Below the pieces are notes generated by a model. It had not been told where the DNA came from and ran no database searches. It saw nothing but the letters and a program-made list of their open reading frames with translations. This document shows positions 20,174-28,284 of a stretch of DNA of 32,000 nucleotides, one piece after another; the first letter of the stretch is position 1; every line of letters begins with the position of its first letter. The translations under genes and the position numbers were made by a program. Source of the stretch: Candidatus Saccharimonadota bacterium (GTDB lineage Bacteria; Bacteroidota; Bacteroidia; Flavobacteriales; Blattabacteriaceae); NCBI RefSeq assembly GCF_014252415.1, contig NZ_CP059223.1, forward strand, positions 420,001 through 452,000, given 5' to 3'.

Positions 20174-22708
20174 ATGAATAAAAATAATAATAAAAAAAAA
20201 GAAGAGACTCCATTAATTAAACAATATAATAATATAAAAAATAAATATCCCAATACTATTTTATTATTTCAAGTTGGAGATTTTTATGAAACATTTGGAA
20301 AAGATGCTATTATATGTTCTAATGTTTTAAACATAATTTTAACAAAACGATCAAAATATATTACACATTTAGCTGGATTTCCATGTCATTCTTTAAATAA
20401 TTATTTACCTAAATTAATAAAAAATGGTTATAGAGTAGCAATATGCAATCAATTAGAAGAATATAAAAATGATAAAAATATTGTAAAAAGAGGTGTAGTT
20501 GAGTTAATTACTCCAGGTATTTATGTAGATGATCATTTATTAAAAAGTAAATCTAATAATTTTCTCGCATCTATTCATATAGAAAAAAATATTTTTGGTT
20601 TAAGCTTTTTAGATATTTCTACTGGAGAATTTTTTATAACAGAAGATAATGAAAGAAATATATTACAGTATATACAGAATTTTAAACCTAATGAAATAAT
20701 TTTTCAAAAAAAAAATAAAAATTTTTTTGAAAAATTATTAAAACATGAAAAATATTCAAAATTTTTAATGAATGATTGGATATTTAATTATCAATTTTCA
20801 TATGAAAAATTAATATCACATTTTCAAACAAACTCTTTAAAAGGATTTGGAATTGACGATATGAAAATAGGAATCATAGCTTCTGGATCAATATTATCTT
20901 ATTTACATGACACACATCACATAAATATTCAACATATATCTACTATACGTAGAATAGAAAAAAAAAAGTTTATGCGTATAGATGATTATACATTTAAAAA
21001 TTTAGAAATATTTAAACCTTTAAATAAAAATGGGACATCATTGATAGAAATAATAGATAATACTATAACACCTATGGCTGGAAGATTGTTAAAAAATTGG
21101 CTATTGTTTCCTTTAATAAATATTAATTGTATAAAAAATAGACTTCTTTTAGTAAAAGAATTATGTACCTACAATAGCATACGTATATTTATAATGAATA
21201 AACTTAAATATATTCGTGATATAGATAGAATAATATCTAGAATGGTTATGAATAAAACTAATCCAAAAGAAATATTAGTTTTAGATAAATCTATAAATTC
21301 TATAGAAGAATTAAAAAAAATAAAATTACCAAGAAAAGCAATAAAAATTAAATCAATTATAGATCTTATACAAGATTGTTATCATATACATATGTATATC
21401 AATGATACTATTGATATTCATTCTAATTACCAAATTAATAAAGGAAAAGATTTTTTTATAAAAAAAGGAGTATCTAAAAAATTAGATAACTTTCGAAAGT
21501 TATATTTCTTTCAAAAAGAACATTTAGAAAATCTTTGTTTTAAAGAGCAATCCAAAACAGATATAAAAAAAATAAAAATTATTTATAATAATACATTTGG
21601 ATATTTATTTGAAATCAATAAAAAATATAAAAAAAAAATTCCATCATATTGGATTCAGAAACAAATATTATCTAATTCTATAAGATATAGTAGTGAAGAA
21701 CTAAATAATTACGAATCTAAAATTACAAATGCTGAAAAAAATATTTTTATTATAGAAAAATTTATTTTTAAAAATTTAGTAAAAAAAATAATAAAAAATA
21801 TAAAAGAAATACAGAATAATTCTAGAATTATATCTAAATTGGATATTTTATGTTCTTTTTCTTTTTCTTCATTAGAAAACAATTATTCAATGCCATTAAT
21901 TAATACATCCAATGAATTATCTATTATTAATGGAAGACATCCAGTTATAGAAAAAAAATTTTTATCAAAAAATAGCTATATACCAAATAATATCATACTT
22001 AATAAAAAAGATCAACAAATTATTATAATAACAGGTCCTAATATGTCAGGAAAATCAGCAATTTTAAGACAAACTGCTATTATAATACTACTGGCCCATA
22101 TTGGAAGCTTTATTCCAGCTGATAAATATACAAAAATAGGAATAATAGATAAAATTTTTAGTAGAATTGGAGCTTCTGATAATATTTCATTAGGAGAATC
22201 AACATTTATGGTAGAAATGAATGAAACTGCTAACATATTGAATAATATAACTAAAAATAGTTTTATTATTTTAGATGAAATTGGAAGAGGAACAAGTACC
22301 AATGACGGTATTTCAATAGCTCAATCTATCATTGAATTTTTACATAAAAATAAATTAAAACCATTTACTTTATTTGCTACTCATTATCATGAACTTAATA
22401 GTCTATATCTTTCCTTAAAAAGAGTAAAAAACTATCATCTATCTATTAAAAAATATAATGATAAAATTATTTTTGTAAGAACATTAAAACCGGGAAGTCT
22501 TTGTTCTAGTTTAGGAATTCATGTAGCTAAAATGTCGGGGATTCCTAAAAAAGTCGTTGATAGAGCAAATTTAATTTTTAAAGAATTGAATAAAAATAGT
22601 CACATCACAAAAAACATTATTTCTTATATAAAAAATATAAAAAATATAAATTCATTATATAATAAAGATTCTATCAAAAAAATAATAAAAATAATATTAA
22701 ATCAATAA
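20174..22708 (+). CDS. mutS: DNA mismatch repair protein MutS
   Basis: 844 aa with an ATG start. It has the mismatch-binding motif FQVGDFYETFGKDA, Walker A ITGPNMSGKSAILRQ, and Walker B plus adjacent IILDEIGRGTSTNDG and FATHYHEL. Confidence 0.93.
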   Translation: MNKNNNKKKEETPLIKQYNNIKNKYPNTILLFQVGDFYETFGKDAIICSNVLNIILTKRSKYITHLAGFPCHSLNNYLPKLIKNGYRVAICNQLEEYKNDKNIVKRGVVELITPGIYVDDHLLKSKSNNFLASIHIEKNIFGLSFLDISTGEFFITEDNERNILQYIQNFKPNEIIFQKKNKNFFEKLLKHEKYSKFLMNDWIFNYQFSYEKLISHFQTNSLKGFGIDDMKIGIIASGSILSYLHDTHHINIQHISTIRRIEKKKFMRIDDYTFKNLEIFKPLNKNGTSLIEIIDNTITPMAGRLLKNWLLFPLININCIKNRLLLVKELCTYNSIRIFIMNKLKYIRDIDRIISRMVMNKTNPKEILVLDKSINSIEELKKIKLPRKAIKIKSIIDLIQDCYHIHMYINDTIDIHSNYQINKGKDFFIKKGVSKKLDNFRKLYFFQKEHLENLCFKEQSKTDIKKIKIIYNNTFGYLFEINKKYKKKIPSYWIQKQILSNSIRYSSEELNNYESKITNAEKNIFIIEKFIFKNLVKKIIKNIKEIQNNSRIISKLDILCSFSFSSLENNYSMPLINTSNELSIINGRHPVIEKKFLSKNSYIPNNIILNKKDQQIIIITGPNMSGKSAILRQTAIIILLAHIGSFIPADKYTKIGIIDKIFSRIGASDNISLGESTFMVEMNETANILNNITKNSFIILDEIGRGTSTNDGISIAQSIIEFLHKNKLKPFTLFATHYHELNSLYLSLKRVKNYHLSIKKYNDKIIFVRTLKPGSLCSSLGIHVAKMSGIPKKVVDRANLIFKELNKNSHITKNIISYIKNIKNINSLYNKDSIKKIIKIILNQ

Positions 22709-22723
22709 CTAATTTCTTTATAA

Positions 22724-22755
22724 TTTGTTATAGAAATATTTTTGAATTAGATTTG
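22724..22755 (+). promoter_or_regulatory. Candidate Bacteroidota sigma-A promoter for tRNA-Gly/tRNA-Leu
   Basis: TTTG (22724-22727), a 20-nt spacer, then TAGATTTG (22748-22755). The -7 box ends 8 nt before the mature 5' end of tRNA-Gly at 22764. The -7 octamer is identical to the one at 15911-15918. Assignment is by motif only. Confidence 0.5.
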
Positions 22756-22763
22756 TTTTATTA

Positions 22764-22836
22764 GCGAGAATAACTCAGATGGTAGAGTACGACCTTGCCA
22801 AGGTCGAGGTCGCGGGTTCGAATCCCGTTTCTCGCT
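22764..22836 (+). tRNA. tRNA-Gly (anticodon GCC)
   Basis: 73-nt cloverleaf. Acceptor GCGAGAA/TTCTCGC, anticodon arm CGACC-TTGCCAA-GGTCG, T arm GCGGG-TTCGAAT-CCCGT. Confidence 0.9.
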
Positions 22837-22844
22837 TATTTTTA

Positions 22845-22929
22845 ATCCGGGTGGTGGAATTGGTAGACACACAGGACTTAAAATCCTGTGATCAAATTGA
22901 TCATACGGGTTCGAGTCCCGTCCCGGGTA
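22845..22929 (+). tRNA. tRNA-Leu (anticodon UAA), class II
   Basis: 85 nt. Acceptor ATCCGGG/CCCGGGT, D arm GTGGAATTGGTAGACAC, anticodon arm CAGGA-CTTAAAA-TCCTG, long variable arm, T arm ACGGG-TTCGAGT-CCCGT. It ends 2 nt before the guaB stop codon on the opposite strand. Confidence 0.9.
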
Positions 22930-22931
22930 TT

Positions 22932-24389
22932 TTAATTTCCAAAATAATTGGGAGATTCTTTTGTTATTCTAACACTGTGGGGATGATTTTCTCTTAATCC
23001 AGAATTAGTAATTTTTACAAATTTTCCTTTATCCACTAATTCTTTTATATTAGATACCCCACAATATCCCATCCCCGAACGTAATCCACCACAAATTTGA
23101 TAAATCACGTCTTTTATTTTTCCCTTATATGGTACTATTGCTTCTACCCCTTCTGGAACAATTTTATCATTAAATTGAAAATATCTATCTCTACTACCTT
23201 TATTCATAGATAATAACGATCCCATTCCTACATAAGTTTTAAATTTCCTTCCATGATATATTACTTCTTCTCCTGGAGCTTCATCAGTACCAGCAAATAA
23301 ACCTCCTATCATTACTGAACTGGCTCCAGAGGCTATCGCTTTTACAACATCTCCTGAATATCTAATCCCTCCATCAGAAACAACACTTATATTTCTTTTT
23401 TTAGAATATTCATAAACATCATTAATTGCTGTAATTTGTGGCATTCCCACCCCAGCTATAACTCTTGTTGTACATATTGATCCTGATCCAATCCCTACTT
23501 TTAAAATGGAGGACCCAGCATCTATTAAATCTTTAGCACCCTCTTGGGTTACTACATTTCCAACTAATAATGGTATTTCAGGGAAAAAATAACGAATTGA
23601 TTTTATTGTTTCAATAATCCTGGAAGAATGCCCATGAGCAGAATCTATAGTTATTAAATCAACTTTAACTTTAATTAGAGATTCCACTCTATCTAAAGTT
23701 TCTTTATTAATTCCTACTGCTGCCCCTACTCTAAGTCTTCCTTTATTATCCTTACAAGCATTAGGATATTCAATAACATTATCAATGTCTTTAATCGTGA
23801 TCAATCCTTCTAATTTATTAAATTTATTTACGATAGGTAATTTTTCTATTCTTCTTTCAAGTAAAATATTTTTTGCTTCTTTTATGGTTACATCTCTTTT
23901 TGATGTTATTAATTTTTTTGTCATAACTTCTTCTACTGAAACATCTAAATTAATTCTATATTTTATGTCTCTTTTTGTAATAATTCCTAATAAATAATTA
24001 TTTTTTTCTATAACGGGTAATCCTGATATTTTATATCTTATCATAAGATCTTTAGCATGTCTTAATGTAGAATTTTTATATAAAGTAATAGGTGAATCTA
24101 TGATTCCATTTTCATATCTTTTTACTTTATAAACTTCTTTCGTTTGATTTTTTATATTCATATTTTTATGAATAATACCTAAACCTCCTTCTCTAGCAAT
24201 AGAAATTGCTAAAGAGGACTCTGTTACTGTATCCATAGCAGCACTTAATATAGGAATATTTAAAGTAATCTCAGAAGTGAGATAAGTCTTAAGAGATACT
24301 TCTGATGGAAGAATAGAAGAATAAGATGGAATAAGTAAAACATCATCAAATGTCAATGCTTCTTTTAAAATCTTTTTATTTAAAGACAT
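22932..24389 (-). CDS. guaB: Inosine-5'-monophosphate dehydrogenase
   Basis: 485 aa with an ATG start. It has the N-terminal [13 protein letters not shown], a tandem CBS insert, the catalytic loop [13 protein letters not shown], and [12 protein letters not shown]. Confidence 0.95.
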   Translation of the reverse strand: MSLNKKILKEALTFDDVLLIPSYSSILPSEVSLKTYLTSEITLNIPILSAAMDTVTESSLAISIAREGGLGIIHKNMNIKNQTKEVYKVKRYENGIIDSPITLYKNSTLRHAKDLMIRYKISGLPVIEKNNYLLGIITKRDIKYRINLDVSVEEVMTKKLITSKRDVTIKEAKNILLERRIEKLPIVNKFNKLEGLITIKDIDNVIEYPNACKDNKGRLRVGAAVGINKETLDRVESLIKVKVDLITIDSAHGHSSRIIETIKSIRYFFPEIPLLVGNVVTQEGAKDLIDAGSSILKVGIGSGSICTTRVIAGVGMPQITAINDVYEYSKKRNISVVSDGGIRYSGDVVKAIASGASSVMIGGLFAGTDEAPGEEVIYHGRKFKTYVGMGSLLSMNKGSRDRYFQFNDKIVPEGVEAIVPYKGKIKDVIYQICGGLRSGMGYCGVSNIKELVDKGKFVKITNSGLRENHPHSVRITKESPNYFGN

Positions 24390-24534
24390 AATTTTTTTGT
24401 TTTATTGAACAACTATAATGAAATTAAATTATAACACGCTTATTTTCAGTTAAAAAAACGGAAATTACAATTTAATTTTTTATTATATAAAAAAACACAA
24501 ATAATTATATATTTTTTCATTTCAAATTTTTATA

Positions 24535-24542
24535 TAAATTTG
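24535..24542 (+). promoter_or_regulatory. Possible -7 promoter box (TAAATTTG) for the orphan ORF
   Basis: This matches the TAnnTTTG -7 consensus and lies 36 nt upstream of the ATG at 24579. No good TTTG -33 partner is present (only TTTT/TTTC). Single octamers like this are expected by chance tens of times in a 32-kb window of this base composition. Confidence 0.3.
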
Positions 24543-24578
24543 TCCAGTATGTGTAACAATTGAAAATATTATTTGATT

Positions 24579-24869
24579 ATGATGAAAAAATTAAGAATTG
24601 CTTTTACTGCAATATTGTTAACAATATTTTTATTCACTATTAGTTGTAACAATAAAAATAAAAATAATGAAAATAATCCTTCTACAACAGAAGAAGATAA
24701 ACCTTCTAGCGGAGGAGAAAATCAACCAGATTCTTCTACAAATACTACTCCTGCAAATTCCAATAATGAAGAAAATGCAAAAAATAATAATGAAGAAAAT
24801 AACAATGGAATAGGATCTGAAAAAGAAAAAATAACTACTTCTGAAGATAGCGAAAAGGGTAATAAGTAA
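24579..24869 (+). CDS. Hypothetical small secreted lipoprotein (orphan): signal peptide plus lipobox Cys followed by a disordered Asn/Glu/Ser/Thr-rich tail
   Basis: Possible starts are ATG-ATG at 24579/24582, or the TTG at 24573 used by the ORF track. The N-terminus is MMKKLRIAFTAILLTIFLFTIS|C, meaning a basic n-region, a 13-residue hydrophobic core, then Ser-Cys (an SPase II-type site). The remaining roughly 73 residues are low-complexity and acidic or polar with no hydrophobic core. The central part is about 37% GC by hand count (24691-24760), against about 12% in the flanking spacer. I recognise no homologue. The coding call rests on the signal peptide, the composition and the flanking signals. 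Confidence 0.55.
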   Translation: MMKKLRIAFTAILLTIFLFTISCNNKNKNNENNPSTTEEDKPSSGGENQPDSSTNTTPANSNNEENAKNNNEENNNGIGSEKEKITTSEDSEKGNK

Positions 24870-24881
24870 TTGATTAAAATT

Positions 24882-24958
24882 AGGCAAAAAAAGGTAAATA
24901 ATATTTAGTATTTTTTTATTTTGAATTAAATTAAATATATTCCTTTTTTTGCTTTTTT
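24882..24958. terminator. Long-loop inverted repeat / possible bidirectional terminator between the orphan ORF and rplS
   Basis: GCAAAAAAAGG (24884-24894) is the exact reverse complement of CCTTTTTTTGC (24942-24952). On the plus-strand RNA the stem extends to 13 bp through a G:U and an A:U pair (24882-24883 with 24953-24954). The loop is 47 nt of AT-only sequence with partial internal complementarity. A T6 run (24953-24958) follows on the plus strand. The large loop is atypical for an intrinsic terminator. Confidence 0.35.
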
Positions 24959-24959
24959 G

Positions 24960-25304
24960 TTAATTTTTTATTCTAGCTTTTTTTCCTTTTAAAAATCTTA
25001 TGTAATATATTTTAGATCTTCTTACTTTTCCATTTTTATTTATTTTTATTTTTTTTATATTAGGCTGATTTATAAGAAATATTCTTTCTACAGACACTCC
25101 CATACTAATTTTTCTAATAGTAAATGTTTTTGTTAATCCTTTACCTTGTTTTTTTATTACTATTCCCTTAAATGATTGAATTCTTTTTTTATCACCTTCT
25201 TTAATTTCAAAATATACAGTAATAGTATCTCCAGAATTAAATAAAGGAATATCTTTTTTTGATAAAAATTTTTGTTCTACATATTTAATAATATTTTTTA
25301 TCAT
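24960..25304 (-). CDS. rplS: 50S ribosomal protein L19
   Basis: 114 aa with an ATG start. L19 blocks are present: IPLFNSGDTITVYFEIKEGDKKRIQSFKGIVIKKQG and FTIRKISMGVSVERIF. Confidence 0.93.
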   Translation of the reverse strand: MIKNIIKYVEQKFLSKKDIPLFNSGDTITVYFEIKEGDKKRIQSFKGIVIKKQGKGLTKTFTIRKISMGVSVERIFLINQPNIKKIKINKNGKVRRSKIYYIRFLKGKKARIKN

Positions 25305-25308
25305 AATA

Positions 25309-26682
25309 TTAATTATTTTTTATTTCATTTATAATTATTTTAGTTAAATAATTAGATTTTTTTTTTGATATAGGACTCTCTGATAAAATTCTAACAATAT
25401 TTTCAGTTTTAGATTTTCTTATATGTACCCATTCATTATTTGGAAAATAAATTTTCAAACCATCACTCCAATCTATGTTATTTTTTTCATATTTTCTTCT
25501 TATTTTTTTTAAAAAAAAATCATAATTGAATGATAAATTAATTGTTTTTTTAGACATAAAATAAATGGGATATTTTTTTTTCAATTTAGATAAAGAAATA
25601 TATTCTAATTTAGATAAATAAGTCAAAAACAATGCAATTCCAATTAATGCATCTCTTCCATAACGTAATTGAGGATAAATAATTCCTCCATTTCCCTCTC
25701 CTCCAATTATAGCATTTACTTTTTTCATTTTTTTTATCACATTAGCTTCTCCTATAGAAGAAAAATAAAATCTAATATTTTTTTTTATACAAATATCTTT
25801 TAATACATGTGAAGAAGATAATGTAGAAACTATAGGTCCTGATTGATTTTTCAAAATAAAATCTGCAATAGATATTAAAGTATATTCTTCTCCAAAAAAT
25901 TCTCCATTTTCACAAATGAACACAACTCTATCCACATCTGGATCTACTGATATACCAAAATCTGCCCCCATTTTTGGTACAATTTTACAAATTTCTTTTA
26001 GATTTTTTTTAATAGGTTCAGGATTATGAACAAAATTTCCATCAGGATTACAATTAATTTTTATTACATCAATACCTAGTTGTTTTAAAAGCATTGGTAC
26101 AGCTATTCCTCCAGTTGAATTAATACCATCAACAACAACTTTTAGTTTGCATTTTTTTACATTAATAATAGGTAATGATAAAATTTTTTTTATATGTTTT
26201 TGTATATAATCTTTTTTATATATAACTTTTCCTAGTTTCTTATAAGAAACGAAATTAAAATTATTATTTTCAATAATTTTTAATAATTTATTAAATTCTT
26301 TTTCAGATAAAAATTCTCCATTAGAATTAAAAAATTTTAATCCATTCCAATTTGTTTTATTATGACTTGCCGTAATCATGATACCCCCCTCTGATTTTTC
26401 TTCTATAATAGCCAAACCTACAGTTGGAGTAGTAGATAATCCAATATCTAAAACATTAATACCAAGAGATTGGACAGTTACCATAATCAAATTATGAAAT
26501 AATATAGAAGAAGATCTACCATCTCTACCTAATATTATTTTAATATATTTCTTTTTATATTTTTTTTTTATTAAAAAAATATATCCAGAAGAAAATTTTA
26601 TTACTTCTGTAGGAGAAAAAGACTCTTCTTTTTTTCCTCCTAGAACACCTCTTATACCAGATGAAGATTTAATCAGTATCAC
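25309..26682 (-). CDS. glmM: Phosphoglucosamine mutase / alpha-D-phosphohexomutase family protein
   Basis: 457 aa with a GTG start. The N-terminus ILIKSSSGIRG is as in Bacteroidota GlmM. It has the phosphoserine loop GGIMITASHNK, the metal loop GISVDPDVDRV, and the sugar loop GGEGNGGIIYP. Substrate specificity (GlcN vs Man/Glc) is not resolvable from sequence alone. Confidence 0.8.
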   Translation of the reverse strand: MILIKSSSGIRGVLGGKKEESFSPTEVIKFSSGYIFLIKKKYKKKYIKIILGRDGRSSSILFHNLIMVTVQSLGINVLDIGLSTTPTVGLAIIEEKSEGGIMITASHNKTNWNGLKFFNSNGEFLSEKEFNKLLKIIENNNFNFVSYKKLGKVIYKKDYIQKHIKKILSLPIINVKKCKLKVVVDGINSTGGIAVPMLLKQLGIDVIKINCNPDGNFVHNPEPIKKNLKEICKIVPKMGADFGISVDPDVDRVVFICENGEFFGEEYTLISIADFILKNQSGPIVSTLSSSHVLKDICIKKNIRFYFSSIGEANVIKKMKKVNAIIGGEGNGGIIYPQLRYGRDALIGIALFLTYLSKLEYISLSKLKKKYPIYFMSKKTINLSFNYDFFLKKIRRKYEKNNIDWSDGLKIYFPNNEWVHIRKSKTENIVRILSESPISKKKSNYLTKIIINEIKNN

Positions 26683-26727
26683 AAAAATTATTCATATTAA
26701 TTATATACAAAAATATATAATAAAATT

Positions 26728-28272
26728 TTATGATATAGAATTAAAATCATTATCATCTAAATTTAGATTATCTTCATAATTATGATCATCATTATTATAT
26801 GATTGATTATAAAAAAAATTATTTTTTAATTTTTTTTCATAATCAATTACATTTTTTTTATAATCTTCCTCCCAAATTAATGAAATATTTTTTTTTTCTT
26901 CAATATTTATAAATTTAGATTGATCACTTATAAATTTTAATCTAAATCGTCCTAATCCTCCGTTTCTATGTTTAGAAATAATTATTTCTGCTTCTCCAAT
27001 ACATGAATCATTTTTTTTATCATTGTAATCCCAGATTTTAAATCCATAATATTCTGGTCTATAAATAAATATTACTATATCTGCATCTTGTTCAATAGCA
27101 CCAGATTCTCTCAGGTCAGACAATAGTGGTCTTTTGCTCCCACCTCTAGTTTCTACCGCTCTAGATAATTGAGATAATGCAATTATTGGTACGTTTAATT
27201 CTTTGGATATAGATTTTAAATTTCTAGAAATAATAGAAATTTCTTGTTCTCTATTTTTAAATTTTGATCCTGATCTAAGTCCTATTAATTGTATATAATC
27301 AACCAATATTAATTTTATATTATACTTAGAAATTAAATGTCTTGATTTAGCTCTTAAATCAAATATATCTAATGATGGTGTATCATCTATAAATATAGGA
27401 GAATTTTTAAGTCTTTCTGTTTTATCAATTAATGAATTCCATTCTGATTTTAATAAGTGAGCTTTTTTTATTTTTTCTGAAGAAATTTGTGTTTCTGATG
27501 AAATTAATTTGGTCATTAATTGAATAGAAGACATTTCTAATGAAAAAATAACAACAGGGATTTTTTGTTTAACTGCAATATTTCTAACCATAGACAACAT
27601 AAATGTAGTTTTCCCCATTCCTGGTCTAGAAGCTATTATAATCAAATCTGAACTTTGCCATCCAGATGTAATATAATCTAATTTGTGAAATCCAGATGGT
27701 ATACCACTAATTCCTTCCCTTTTTGTTTTTTTCATTTTTTCAATAGCTTTTTTCACAAGAAAATTAGTAGTTTCATATCCTTTTTTTATCAAATATTTTT
27801 GATTAAGATCGAAAAGTTCAGATTCTACATAATCTATTAAAGATAATACATCATTTTTATCTTCATAACATTTTGTTATTACTTCATAAAGTATATGAAT
27901 TAATTTTCTCAAAATAAATTTTTGAAAAATTATTTTACTATGGTATTCTATATGAGCAGAAGATACTACTTTTTGAGTTAATTTTATTAAATAATATTCA
28001 CCACCTACAGATTCTAATTTTCCATTGATACGTAATTCATTTAAAACAGTATATAAATCAACTGGATTTGAATCATTATATAATTTTTTTATAGCAGTAT
28101 ATATATACTGATGTTCTTTTTTATAGAAAATATCAGGAAATAATTTATCAATCACTTGACTTAAGCCCTTATTATCTATTATCATAGCTCCTATAATTGC
28201 TTCTTCTAATTCTAATGATCTAGGAGGTATTTTATCCTTGATAAAATATTCTTTATTTATATCATCATCCAT
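26728..28272 (-). CDS. dnaB: Replicative DNA helicase DnaB
   Basis: 514 aa with an ATG start. It has the N-terminal PPRSLELEEAIIGAMI, Walker A ASRPGMGKTTFMLS, Walker B LILVDYIQLI, and LSQLSRAVE, followed by a low-complexity acidic C-terminal tail. Confidence 0.94.
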   Translation of the reverse strand: MDDDINKEYFIKDKIPPRSLELEEAIIGAMIIDNKGLSQVIDKLFPDIFYKKEHQYIYTAIKKLYNDSNPVDLYTVLNELRINGKLESVGGEYYLIKLTQKVVSSAHIEYHSKIIFQKFILRKLIHILYEVITKCYEDKNDVLSLIDYVESELFDLNQKYLIKKGYETTNFLVKKAIEKMKKTKREGISGIPSGFHKLDYITSGWQSSDLIIIASRPGMGKTTFMLSMVRNIAVKQKIPVVIFSLEMSSIQLMTKLISSETQISSEKIKKAHLLKSEWNSLIDKTERLKNSPIFIDDTPSLDIFDLRAKSRHLISKYNIKLILVDYIQLIGLRSGSKFKNREQEISIISRNLKSISKELNVPIIALSQLSRAVETRGGSKRPLLSDLRESGAIEQDADIVIFIYRPEYYGFKIWDYNDKKNDSCIGEAEIIISKHRNGGLGRFRLKFISDQSKFINIEEKKNISLIWEEDYKKNVIDYEKKLKNNFFYNQSYNNDDHNYEDNLNLDDNDFNSIS

Positions 28273-28284
28273 AAGATTATTTTT

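Noticed and set aside
22012-22302. 96-aa minus-strand ORF inside mutS
   Set aside because: It is antisense to the most conserved (ATPase) part of mutS. Its hydrophobic composition is an artefact of complementing Lys/Asn/Glu codons.
22779-22997. 72-aa plus-strand ORF
   Set aside because: It runs straight through tRNA-Gly(GCC) and tRNA-Leu(UAA) and into the guaB 3' end. It is open only because tRNA genes are GC-rich and stop-poor.
23785-23997. 70-aa plus-strand ORF inside guaB
   Set aside because: It is antisense to the CBS-domain region of guaB with no independent support.
24630-24887. 85-aa minus-strand ORF overlapping the orphan lipoprotein ORF
   Set aside because: Its Phe/Ile/Arg/Cys-rich product is simply the complement of the Asn/Glu/Ser codons. 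It lacks a signal peptide or any motif. The plus-strand frame has a coherent signal peptide plus lipobox, a promoter-like box and a downstream hairpin. The true coding strand is still formally unproven.
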